64,000 nt of DNA from Felis catus (lineage: Eukaryota): positions 134,728,001 through 134,792,000 of the forward strand of contig NC_058368.1 in assembly GCF_018350175.1 (NCBI RefSeq), written 5' to 3'. The position numbers and the translations under genes were made by a program. Positions 1 through 12,265 of the stretch are shown here, piece by piece (within the stretch, counting starts at the first letter, position 1; every line of letters starts with the position of its first letter). The notes below the pieces were generated by a model. The model searched no databases and was not told the DNA's origin. It saw only the letters and a program-made list of their open reading frames with translations.

Positions 1-4
1 CTAG

Positions 5-130
5 ATTTCATCATCTGTAGAATGACATAATAATGATGGCTACCTCATTGGGATATTGTGAAGATTACAGTGTATTAGACATGTAAAGTGTATATCTGCT
101 ATGGAGTTAAGGACTAATGATGATTAGCTG
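5..130 (+). mobile_element. MIR SINE fragment
   Basis: tttcatcatctgtagaatg...ataataatg...tacctcattggg...gtgaagatta resembles the MIR core. Confidence 0.7.
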
Positions 131-179
131 TTACCTATTTTTATAAGCTTTGTATGTACATCCAGCATCTGGCACTCTA

Positions 180-620
180 CATCTAGCACTTAAAAGGTGT
201 ACAATAATGTTTAGTTCGAATGTGATTGAAGAGACTTGAATAGAATAGAGACAGATTGAACGCCAATAGCTTAGGCCTAGAAGTGGTCCAAGAATAAAAA
301 TGATGAGGGCCAGAACCAAGGCAACTGAAACAGGATGGAGAGAGAGGAGAAACTGTAGGGAAGTTTCCAGGCTTGAATGTAGTGAGTGGATAGAGAGAAT
401 GAAAGAAGGGGGAGTCACAGTGACCAGGTGAGTGGTAGTGTCATTGCCAAGACAGGAAACATGGGAGGGGAAAGATAAACACATCATTTTCAGTTGTCAT
501 GGTTTGCAGTCCAATGAGGTGGCAAAGTATAGATGTCTGCTGGGGACTAAGGTCTGTATATGGAAAACAAGACCATGCTTTTATAGAAATAATGGTCCTG
601 GAGCCATCGGAAGATTCTCT
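180..620 (-). mobile_element. LINE-2 fragment (ancient)
   Basis: Purine-rich degenerate L2-like phrases (ggagtcacagtgac, ttcagttg...gtttg, atagatgtctg). Confidence 0.45.
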
Positions 621-1517
621 TCAGGTGAAGAGCCAAGGACAAGAAGCACAGTGAAGCCCATGGCTTTCTGCTCTTTCCATCACACCTGTTGGTATCCTCT
701 CCATTGTGAGTCTAGAACCTCTTCATACACAAAGTCCAGGATCCTCTACCGTACATTAGCCCAGACAGATGTAAAAAATCCTATTTTTCTTCCTGTCTTC
801 ACCTATTTCTCATCCTTCCCATCCGTGCCTCCTAGGATTGAATCCCTGCCAAAATACTAACTTGGGAAGCCCAGGAGACACATGACCTAAAATTGCCTAT
901 TAGGGAAATACCAACTTTACTTGTGTGGGTATTACATTGGAAAAATTAAAATAAGTTTCTTTCTTAGGTGTCCTTTATCTGTTTTCTTTTTAAGAAGCAT
1001 GATATAAAATCTATTTCTAATCATCTAATTTCAGGGAAACCATGTGAACAAAGTTCTTTACAATGGGAAGAATAGAGAAGTGTCCAAGGATGGTGAACCA
1101 TAACATTCTTGGTTTTACTTTAGTAAAAAAAAACAAAAACAGAAAAGCAACAAAAAAACACACCACATTGTATAAGATATAACCTTAAAATGAAATTCCA
1201 TGTACAAAAGTTGAGAATCCACAAGCAGGGTTTGATTTTTGTTTTGTTTTTGTTTTTCCTTGTTTTGTTTTTTGCTTCCTGTTCATAAACTATTCCAGTC
1301 TGATCCCTCCTCATTGACAAGATTTTCCCCTAGGACATGCCTCCCTAGTGCTGCTTCTCATGAGGGGCAAGGGGAAGCTGACAAAGGCTGAGATCACCCC
1401 AGTGTCTTTTCTTTCCCTCCAATGTCTTTTTCAAAATCAGTATTCCATTATTGTATTGTTATAATTGCAACACATACTTCTCAGAAAACACAGCAAGAAA
1501 ATAGTATAAAATTTCTT

Positions 1518-1748
1518 AAAAATTTTTTTTAAATGTTTATTTATTTTTGAGAGAGAGAGAGAGAGAGAGAGATGGAGTGTGAGCCAGGGAGGGGCACAGA
1601 GAGAGAGAGGGAGACACAGAATCCAAAGCAGCCTCCAGGATCTGAGCTGTCAGCACAGAGCATGACATGGGGCTTGAATGCACAAACCGTGAGATCATGA
1701 CCTGACCTGATGTCAGACATTTAACTGACTGAGCCACCCAGGTGCCCC
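1518..1748 (-). mobile_element. CanSINE (SINEC_Fc type)
   Basis: tRNA-derived head, (CT)n, A-tail; perfect 15-bp TSD agtataaaatttctt at 1503-1517 and 1749-1763. Confidence 0.97.
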
Positions 1749-4568
1749 AGTATAAAATTTCTTGATATCCATAACCACATACACCCAGAGATAACCAGTA
1801 TTAACACTTTGGTGTATAGCCTTTATATTCCTTATGGGTATAGACTGAGATACTAGAAATCTAGATCTGAATGAAAGATGATAGCTATAGATGTGTTTAT
1901 AGATACACTCGGGTTTATAAGTACAGATATAGCTGTGTTTCTAGATAGAGCTATCTGATGGCAGGGCTCCCACGTAGAGCTGCAGCGGTTGCTCAAGATG
2001 GTGGCACTTGATTAGATGGAGAGGCATGTTTTGATTCATAATATGCCTTTTTCATTCAAATTAAGACATACCTTGTTTAATCCAAGATCCTTTTCATCTG
2101 CAAGGTTTAGATTGGGTTATTCCCTCCTGGCCCCTTTCCAGCTCTGCTTGGCACAGTTATGGTTCTTCTTCAGCTGCAGCCTCTCCTGGGAACCCAGCTC
2201 TTCTGTGGGTAACTGGACCCAGGGAGTCCTCAGATTTTCCTACCGCAGAGAGCTGGCTGCTCATGTTAGGTCTTGGTTGAAATGAGTAGGCCTGCTGATT
2301 TCAAGTCATTATATTCAGCCAGCAGCTATAGCTTCCCTTTATGTTCTGAGACTTAGAAATGACCCCTGCTTATATTTCCCAATAGCGAAAATTCTTTCTA
2401 AAAGTGGGACTGGATGGGGTCTTTGATGACCAAAACAAGAAATTGTACGTAACATTTTGTCTTTAAAGCTAAGGGCTTTGCAACCGTGGAAACTACTCTA
2501 TAAGTAGACATGGTCATTTTTCTCAGTTTAAAGATGTGTAAACCAAAATCTAAAATTTGAGTCAGCCCTTAGACTGCCTGGTGATTAGCCTGAATCACGC
2601 TACGTTGGTTCTGTCTATGAGAGTTTCTCCCGAGGGGTTTAGCAAACACCCAAGGTGTATATCCTAAGTATTGAACTCCTCTTTCCCGATGTTTTCAGTT
2701 CTTTCTGGCCAAGGAAAGAACTGCTTCACATGATTCGTATCAACAGATAAGCAGGAGGATGTTAGTCAAGGTAGGTAGGTCCACTGCTGAGCAATCGTGT
2801 GTCCATCCTAACACCTGGTAGCACGGATCGAGTAAACTTAGAATTACATGCATCTCCTGGGGATGCTCATGGTTTAGAAATTTGACTTAGTTTGAGAATA
2901 TTTTGAACCTTATAAAATAGTGTGAAGCTGTGTCTTATGGCTGGGGTAATCCAGCCATAAGCCAGATTCAGCATGCTGAATGCCGAGCTTGGCAGTGGGC
3001 TGGCTGAGACTTTACCTACAGACTAGTTGCACTTGGAGCATTGTTGCCCCAAAGACCATTCTTATAGGAAAGACTTAGTGATGACACTGAGAAACTCCTG
3101 ATGAGGCCCATTTATAAATACAACTTACTGTTCTCAAAATTGATGGGTTTGGAGTGAAGGGCTTCCTGTATCTAGAGATAGTTTTCTTTTGTTGAGGGTC
3201 TTCTGAAGTTCCATTTTTATTAGCTTCCTTGAGTTTACTCTCCCTGCCTATCAGTTTACTATTGACAGACTTCAAATTGTTCCTGGCTGTCTCATGTGTA
3301 GGTAAATGTGGACCTTGTTCCCTTAAATCCCAGTTTGATAACGACTAACAGGAAATTTAAAAAATTTCAAAGTATAAATCTTGGGTACATTCACAATGCA
3401 GATTCCAAAATACAAAATGGAATAGAGTATTCAAGAAGTTTGCACATTTGTATGTCATCATAGATTTTATCATGTCCCCACATTTGATAATATTGAGTGC
3501 TTGGAGGAGGTCCTAGATGCAGCTGTGAGATCCAGTTATGAGAATAGATGTTGGGACATAGTTTCTTAAGAAGTGGTATTAAAGAAATTGTAGAAATTTG
3601 GATTCTATCTGACACTTGAAAACTCATTTCTCCCCATATTAGAATCCCAGGGAACTTCTTAGAGAAACAAAGATGGATAAACTCTGTTCAGGGAGGGACC
3701 TCCCTTCTACTGCTGTTAAATATAAGGAGGTGGTGGGTGGTGAGGAGGTAGATACTTCACTAAAAGGAGCCCTTGAGTTTTAGGGTTGTCCTACACGATG
3801 GTCTTGATTTTCCCCATGAGCAAAGAGGGGTCTTCCCCATTGAAAAGAGGAGTGAAAAATCTCATCCCCAGAATGGGAGAGGGATCAGAAAAATTTTTTC
3901 AAAGAACACAGAGGACCCCAAAGACCAAGTGAGTTTGGAGATTCTGAATGTATTAGGGCAGCAATGGGCAGCTGAGTGACAGATAAAAATAGGACACAGC
4001 AGATAATTTGGTTGATCCAAGTTTGGGAATTGGAGAGTCAGGTGTAGCAGAAAAACAGTGGTGGAAGTGATGTGTTTTGTGTCTAGTTTGGGGAAGGAAG
4101 GAAGCGAAGACATGAGTAGGGCTGATAAACGGGGAGAGAAAGGAACATAGAAAAGCTGGTGTGTTTAAAGCAAGGAGATGAGGTTGAATAAAAAGCATAT
4201 TTGGATATGGGAGAAAAAGAGAAGGAAGTTGGCCAATAATTAATAAATTAGAGTTTACGATATCAGGGGATATAACAGTCCAGGTGGTAAGACCCAGGGT
4301 ACATTTATCAGTAGGAATAGGTGATTGAGATAAAAAACATGTGAAGTGGTAAAGAATGAATCTTGAGGCTACTTCCTGGAAAGAGTGGATCAGCAGGATT
4401 GAAGATATCTGTGACTATGGAGGTGCTTTTCTTTTTTCCTAGTAATATTGTGTCATGGTTTTCTTGTGGACCCTCTTGTTATCAGTCACTTCCAATACTT
4501 GTGGACCAAGGAAGCAAATAAAATGGAGAACCAGCGAGATAGAATAAATATAAAAATGATCACTGGAT

Positions 4569-4790
4569 GGGGCACCTGGGTGACTCAGTTGCTTGAGTAT
4601 CCGACTTCAGCTCAGGTCATGATCTCATGGTCCATGGGTCTGAGCCCCATGTCAGGTTCTGTGCTGACATCTCAGAGCCTCAAGTCTGCTTCAGATTCTG
4701 TCTCCCTCTCTTTCTGAGCCTCCCCTGGTCATGTTCTGTCTCTTTTTCTCTGTCTCTCTCAAAAATAAAAAAAAAATAAAAAAAAAAAAA
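4569..4790 (+). mobile_element. CanSINE
   Basis: ggggcacctgggtgactcag head, A-tail, TSD gatc(a/g)ctggat. Confidence 0.95.
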
Positions 4791-7293
4791 GATCGCTGGA
4801 TGTAAGAAGTAACCAAATGACATGGATCAGGTAGTTCAGGGATCTGAGTTTCTTCCTCATTTATGGGGCTGTGTACATTTCTCATCGGCTCTGCTCGATT
4901 ATAGGTTCCTAAAAGGAGGTCTGCCCTGGCCATCTGTGCATCCTCCCCCTGTTCTTAGCACACAGAGCAGTTCGATAAGTTTGTGGAATTAATGGTTTGC
5001 AAATGGTTCCAGTAAATCTTTAGATGTTTGCATACTGCTTTTACAGATGATTATAGTAATGCTCAAACCCTCACATAATGCTTTCTATATGTGCAGCTTT
5101 GGCCTGCTTGCATTAAGTTGGAGGGTTTGGGATGGCCAAGAGGGTAAGTCTGGATGCCACGGTGGAAGGAGGGTGGGGGAATGCATCCCTTGAAGACAGG
5201 GACAAAATTTCCTATAGCTTTTAGACTCTGCCTCCCCAAAAGCACCCTGTACTTAATAAATGCCAGTGAATCCCAGATTAGAAAAATGACTCCCCAGCTT
5301 AAAAAAATCTACACCTAACCAGCTAGACGTTGAGCAGCAGCAGGTATCAGTATTCCCAGGAGCACAAGCCCATCCAACCACCCTCAGTGTTCACACACAC
5401 TCAAGATTATACAATGCTTTTTGGCCTGCAGATTAACATATCACTTTTTTTTTTTCAATGAGGGCAAATACTTGGATAGTTTTGTAAAAAAAAAAGAATA
5501 AATAAAATCCCGGTTGGGAGGCATTGACCGTGTTGTAGGATAATATGTTCTGAATGCTGGTTGATTTCATGGCCAGAAATGAGTAGTAGTGTGGTTTTGG
5601 TCCCATTCTACTGACTGTTCTTGGCCAGTTTCTGAAATCGTTCGAGGTTTGGGAATGCTTCATTTCATTGAAGGGACATTGTGACAAAAAGGCAGAATTC
5701 TTGTAAACACTGGAGGGATAGGCCTGGGCTGGGCCAGGCCAGGCTATCTTTCCTTTGGACAAGCTCTATGTTTAGAACTAGGGAAACAGAGATCCAGGGT
5801 AGCAGTGAGCCCTGAAGCAGTGTGTCAAGATCTATGGTTTGACAATACATATTTTTTGGTGACCATGTGGGGATTAAATTAACATATTTAAAGTTCAAAA
5901 GGGAATAGAAATTCATTACTCGAATGGGAGAGGTCATTTTTTTCCTGGATGGCTCCCAAACAGAAAATTGAGAACAGGATTTGGTGCAGGAAAAACCCAA
6001 AGGGATTGGTTTTTTTTTTTTTTCTTTCTTTCTTCAAAGAAGCCAGCAGATGTTTTCATTCTTTTTAGAGCCAACTCTCGGTTAATCAGCATTTGGATTT
6101 TCAGTTATTCAGTTTTGCTTTTCTTTCTCTTGTCATCAGACCTGAAATGAGCCTCTCCTAGTCCATATTAGAGAGATTGTACTGTTTGTTAGAGTATCTG
6201 CTAGCAGTTGGATAAAGCAAAAAGACAGGTAAGGATAGTAAGGTTTAGTTTTCAATTTATTGGCATTTTGCTTTTCTTTATTCTTCCCATTTCCCCTCTT
6301 TCCTATTAGACTCTTCATGGCAGCATGTGGGCAGGTCCCTAGAGCCCCATGACTCTCCCAGTCCTTTCTCCAAGACTGCTGTCCTTCACGCACACGTCAC
6401 AGCCACACCCCCTGCACGTGGTGGCACAACAGGACAGTTAAGAACCGAGGTCAGGTCGCAGAATTTGAAAATGCTGAATAACCCTGCAGTAAGTAACCCT
6501 TGGAGGCTTCATTTACGGAAGTACTTTCTTTTTTTTCCCAATTTAACTTCTTTAAATGTGGCATCAGAGATGGCGTTTTCCCCCTTCATTTGTAGTGCTA
6601 GGTCAACAGGGTTCCAGGATCATGAGCTACTGGGATAGATCAATCTTGTAATCTATACCTCCCTTCCAAGAGAGAAGGAAGGAATGCGGAGCACTGTGTG
6701 AAGCCCTTTTACATCATTATTTCATTTAATTTTCTCAAATTATGCTGGGCTATCACTAGCTCCATTATACAGACCAAGAAATTGAAGTTTAGAAAGATTA
6801 ACGAGCCCAACTAGGCTAGGAAGTACAATCAGCCACCATTCAAATTCATATTGACCTGACACCAAAGTTTTCTTTGTACCCCACCTTTGCCTCATACTTC
6901 AAGAGAGGACATATAATGATATTAAATACAATCCATCCTATGTTATTTGTGAGTATGTTATCCTTTTATCAATGACTGTGGAGTTTAGGAGTCATCTACG
7001 AGCTCATTTAGGGTTCTTGACTAGCGATGTCATTGGTTATCAAGTCAAAAGGAAACCTGGAATAAATACAGAAGAGTGCAATGTGTCTGAGTATGTTTGG
7101 GTGCCTGAGCAGTGTGGATATTACGCTACGTCTAAGAGTGGAAGACCACCGCTGATGTTGATGTCTAGATCATAGATATTTAGGAGCAGGATATAAATGA
7201 CTGAGCCCAAGGACACAGATTTTGAAGGTAACAACTATAATGATTTCATGAAAAGTTAGAGATGGAAGGGATGTTAAAAACCAGCTAGTTGGT

Positions 7294-7470
7294 GGGGCGC
7301 CTTGGAGGCTCATTTGGTTAACGGTCCGGCTCTGGATCTCAGCTCAGGTCTTGATCTCGAGGTTCGTGAGATCAAGCCCCACATTGGGCTCTGTACTGAC
7401 AGTGTGGAGCCTGCTTGGGATTCTCTCTCCTCCTGTCTCTCTTCCCTTCGGCTGCTCTCTCTCTTCTTCT

Positions 7471-7506
<36 letters not shown>

Positions 7507-7540
7507 ATAAACATCTTTTTAAAAAGCATATTAAAAAAAA
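7294..7540 (+). mobile_element. CanSINE (older subfamily)
   Basis: ggggcgcc head, gcctgcttgggattct motif, (CT)n and A-rich tail. Confidence 0.93.
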
Positions 7541-8790
7541 TTCCTGATTTTTTGTTATTGATCCTATCATTAGGCCAGTGAAGAAATGGAAGGCCAGAGA
7601 TGTTGTGACTTGTGATGTCTATCAAAACACCTTCTGAATAATTAAGAGTTAAGTTGAATGAGGAAGCTGAAGACAAAGGTTAGATGAACTGCCTGTAACT
7701 ACAAAGCTAAGCCTGTTCATCCTGAACTAGAACTCCTAGTAGTCTTGTGCATTGATTCCTTCATTTGCCTCTTAACTTGTTTCAGATACTACCTGTTTGA
7801 TTCTTACCCTTCATCCTGCACTCTGATAAACAAGTTTTTCAGAAATTATCTCTTTGAATCATTACCACAACTCTTTGAAGCAGGCAACATTTTATTATCA
7901 TTTCACACCGGAGGAATTCATTTCTTAAAGAGATTGGGTAACTTGCCCAGGATCAAACCAGATGATGAGGTCAGGGGCAAAGCCGGGTGCATTGACCCTA
8001 TTCAGAGCTCTTAGCTTTTGGAATATTCCAGAAAGAGATGCAGGGAAGCTGCTATTACACAGTCTTTTTCCAGAGGGATTGAGACCTAGTGGTGTCACTG
8101 AGCTCCTCTAGATCGCACAGAAAGTGAGAAGGCCCAAAGTACGTGCAGGGTCTCACAGTCCTCCATTCAGTCCATTTCTTCATGCTGTTAAAGGAACACA
8201 TGTTTTATATCAAGACCTTAAAGGTGTAACTCAAGTATAGTAACCTCCTACTGACCACCTCTGCTTTCATGCCTCATGAAACTGGAAATCCCAGTCATCC
8301 GTTCAGTAAGGGCCCTCTGGGAGATCCAGCTACACACCACAATGGCGACACATAGAACTTTTTCTGAAAGCTTTGAGGAGAACTCGTTACAGCCATCAGT
8401 AAACATCTCGGTTCTCCCCTGAGGACTTTCTCTTGCCTCTTGCTGCTGCTTTTCCTTTCTTTTTCATTCCTCACATCATCTCTACAAGTTCCTTGCACTG
8501 GAGCAGTTCAGCTCTAGCCCTCCGCCCTCATACCCAGCATGGCAACATGGAGGCCTGCTAATGAGGTAAATGGTGCTAAGCCTGTCTCTTGCAGGGCATG
8601 GCTCCTGCCACACAGAAGCCTTACTTGGTCGAATCCACAATTGCTGCAACAAAAACCATCCACGTGCCATCCCGTTTTTACTTCCCCTCCCTCTTCATGT
8701 TTTTCTCAGAGGGTAGGGAAGGGGTTTAAGGAAATGATTCTGGACAAGGAGTGTTTATGGACTCCCTTTCGCTACCTTACACCATCCCTG

Positions 8791-8807
8791 CACACACACA
8801 CACACAC

Positions 8808-8845
<38 letters not shown>
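8791..8845. repeat. (CA)n microsatellite
   Basis: Near-perfect CA run with one CG interruption. Confidence 0.98.
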
Positions 8846-8847
<2 letters not shown>

Positions 8848-8927
8848 TTCTTTATCTCCAGGAGTATCTAGCCTTCGGAGAAATAGGAAAGAATTTCTCC
8901 ACTGAAACATTTGTTTGAAAGTTACCA

Positions 8928-9120
8928 GGGGTGCCTGGGTGGCTCGTCGGTTAAGTGTCAGACTTCAGCTCAGGTCATGATCTCACAGTTCATGGGTTCG
9001 AGCCCCATGTCGGGCTCTGTGCTGACTGCTTCAGATTCTGTGTCTCCCTCTCTCTGCCCCTCCCCACTCACTCTCTGTCTCTCTCTCACTCTCAAAAATA
9101 AATAAAACATTAAAAAAAAA
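8928..9120 (+). mobile_element. CanSINE
   Basis: Head, body and tail; TSD aaagttacc. Confidence 0.95.
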
Positions 9121-9530
9121 AGTTACCTGAACACAAATAAATAAAACTAACTTTTAACTAACTTTTAATGTTAAAAACGAAGGGACAAAACAAAAAAAAC
9201 TTTGTGCCAAAGTTGAAAACTTCTCCCTTACACAACTCCTAGAACAAAAAGGAAATCAAATCAGAAACTGAAGAATGCTTAAGAAATGCTGATAATAAAG
9301 CACGGCCTAGCAGAATCTGTGGAGTAGAGATAAAGCAATTCTGAAAGGAAAGTCTGTATTTGTGTTAATGGCAAGGAGTTAAGTACTTAATTCTACAAAT
9401 TAGAAAATGAACTACAAAGGGAACCCAAGAAGAGAGTAAAAAAAAAAAAATCAACTATAAAACCAATAAATCAATTCAAGAATAGAGACTTGGTGAAACG
9501 GGCTAATCATATCAAGTGAAAAGTAAAGCA

Positions 9531-9745
9531 GGAACACCTGGGTGGCTTAGCTGGTTCAGTGTCCAACTCTTGATTTTGGCTCAAGTTGCGATCTCAGTGG
9601 CAGTCATGGGATTGAGCCCTGTGTAGGGCTCTGTGCTGACAGTGTGGAGCCTGCTTGGGATTCTCCCTCTCTCTCTCTCCCCCTCCCCCATCATGTATGC
9701 ATGCTTGCTCTCTCTTTCCAAAAAAATAAGCATTTAAAAAAACAA
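9531..9745 (+). mobile_element. CanSINE (older)
   Basis: cacctgggtggcttag head, gcctgcttgggattct. Confidence 0.92.
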
Positions 9746-10516
9746 CAAAGCAAAAAATACCCTCAAAGGAAAAAAGAACGGGGAAATACTCAGAACTACA
9801 AAGGAAATATAAATAATGTTAAACTCTACACAAGTAAAATAAAAAATCTGGATGAAATGTGTGATTTTCCAGAACTGAGTACATAAGAAAGAGGAAGAAA
9901 AAAATCAAACATTTAAATTTCCAAAGACTAAAGGAGGGAACGTGTCAAAGAGCCATTTCCTAAAAACATCTGTTTATTTGTATGAACATTTCTTTTTTCT
10001 GTTCAGTTGAGTTTAAATAACATTAGAGGTTCTCTGTTCCACAGTGGTTTGGTAAAATTCAACTAGGAAAACTTATGTGGGCCTGATGATTTTTAGGGAG
10101 TAATTCTGTGATAAAATGGCATTACAAATCAGTGGGGAGAAATGGAGACTAGAGACTATTTGAGTAGTGGCATTGAGACAACTTGGAAAAAAATCAGTGC
10201 TTTATTATATCTAAATATATGAGAGATCAAAGACTTAATATTAAAAATATAAGAATATTAAAATAATATATGGAAGAAAGACTCTATAATCTCAGAGTAT
10301 GAAATGTTTCCCTGAGTAAGACACAAAGCCCCAGAAACTCTTTTTTAAAATTAAAAAATTAGAATATATAAAAGTCAAAATTTCCATATAAAAATAAGCC
10401 ATAAATAAGACAAATAGAAAAATTAAGTGTGTGAAAATATTTATAAGATGCATAAAACACAAATGACGAATTTTCTTAATACTGAAATCCTAGAAATCCA
10501 TATTTTAAAAATGCCC

Positions 10517-10703
10517 GGGGCGCCTGGATGGCTCAGTGGGTTAGGGTCATGATCTCACTGTTTGTGAGTTTGAGCCCCACATCGAGCTCTGTGCTGACAG
10601 CTCAGAGCCTTGAGCCTGCTTCAGATTCTGCATCTCCCTCTCTCTCTGCCTCACCCCCACTTGTGCTCTGCCTCTCTCTCTCTCAAAAAGAAATAAAATG
10701 TAA

Positions 10704-10742
<39 letters not shown>

Positions 10743-10743
10743 A
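10517..10743 (+). mobile_element. CanSINE with internal deletion and (TAAA)n tail
   Basis: TSD aaaatgccc; head jumps from gtta to gggtcatg. Confidence 0.95.
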
Positions 10744-10860
10744 ATGCCCTTAGAAAACTAAGGACCTGTCCTAAATGAGAAAATCCAAGTGGCTCTCAAA
10801 CATGAAGTGATTCTCAATCCCATGAGAGGAATGTAAATATAAATTATTGTTTGCTGTTTT

Positions 10861-11055
10861 CTTATTTATTTAGAGCATGCATGAGTAGGGGAGAGGGGCA
10901 GAGGGAGAAAGAGAGAGAGAAAGAGAGAGAGAGAATCTCAAGCAGGCTCCATGCTCACATGGAGCCTAACATGGGACTCTAACTACAACCCTGGGAGCAT
11001 GACCCAAGCCAAATCAAGAGTTGGACACTCAACCGACTGAGCCACCAAGGTCCTC
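10861..11055 (-). mobile_element. CanSINE (older)
   Basis: Reverse head ...ctgagccaccaaggtcctc; TSD gtttgctg(t/c)ttt. Confidence 0.92.
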
Positions 11056-11637
11056 GTTTGCTGCTTTCTACCTATCAGACTGGCTTAATAACACATATGT
11101 TACTGAATGGAGAAGTAAGTGTTCTGCCTTACATTTATTTCCAAGTGAAATATAAATGAATGGAATCTCTTTGTGTGGCAATTCATTAGTAACCAGCAAA
11201 AATTTAAATGATCTTTTAACCCAGCCTGCCACTTCTAGATTATATTCACACTTGTGTCAAATTGATACTAACAGCCAATTGTAATGGGACCATCTTGAGG
11301 ACAGCCTAGATAGCCATCATAAGGAATTTGTTAGATAAAACATGGATTATCCAATTATGGAATACCATGTAACATTAAAAAAGAATGAAGCAGCTCTGTC
11401 CAGAGTATAATGGATAAGCCCTAAAGTATATTGTATGAAAAACAGAGTGGAATAGGATGCAAAACATACTACACTTTTGTAGGGTTTTTTTTTAAGCCCA
11501 CAAATAAAAAGCTAGCACATTGACACAGCATGGCTCGTGGAGTGAAATCACAAAGCAACTTGGTTTTGGGTCCCCGTTAAAATGTATTCAGTGGGGAAGG
11601 TCTCTTGCCTCTGGGTGAAAATTCAGTTCCATGATTT

Positions 11638-11859
11638 TCTTTTTTTTTTTTCTTTTTAAAGTTTATTTATTTTGAGAGAGTGTGTGTGTGCGAAAGAGAG
11701 CAGGTAAGGAACAGAGAGAGAAGGAGAGAGAGAATCCAAGCAGGCTCTATGCTGTCCATTCAGAGCCCAGTGTGGGGCTCGATCCCATGGACCACGAAAT
11801 CATGACCTGAGCCAAAATCAAGAGTTGGCACTTAACTGACTGAACCACGTAGGCACCCC
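11638..11859 (-). mobile_element. CanSINE (older)
   Basis: Poly-T, (GA)n, reverse head; TSD agttcc(a/g)tga. Confidence 0.93.
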
Positions 11860-12154
11860 AGTTCCGTGAATTTTCTGATCACTTGTGAATGATACAAAGT
11901 TTTGGATCACCTTAGATCACGAGCTCAAAGTACATAATCAAAATGCCCACTCAGCATTCCGGTTGCATCCCTTCTCCTAAATGAGGCTAGCCCTCTCTAG
12001 CTCAGTTGTGCTTCTCCTTGTTCCTTGTTGTTTCTGACCATTCCAGGGTGAGATGAGAGAGGTTTGGAGAACATGAGAATAAGAATTGGACTCTCTTGTC
12101 CTAAGATGGCTGTACGCTCTCTAGGCCCAGGTGTTTGAAACCTCATTACTAAGG

Positions 12155-12265
12155 GATAGTGTGACCCACTTGTCCAGGTTACCTAGACCTTCCCAGTTTT
12201 AATATGAAAGTCCATGTCTCTGAAATTCCCTCAATCCACGTCACTTGGGATAGTTGGTCACCCTA
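12155..12265. mobile_element. hAT-Blackjack MITE (MER81/MER94-like)
   Basis: Termini gtgtgacc...ggtcacccta; internal cccagtttta...gaaagtcc. Confidence 0.55.

Larger units (their letters stand above)
9130..11480 (+). mobile_element. Old L1 (L1M-type) fragments interrupted by SINEs
   Basis: A-rich; degenerate ORF2/3' phrases (ctggatgaaatg...ttcc, aaatcagtgggga, atggaatac...attaaaaaagaatgaa). Confidence 0.55.
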
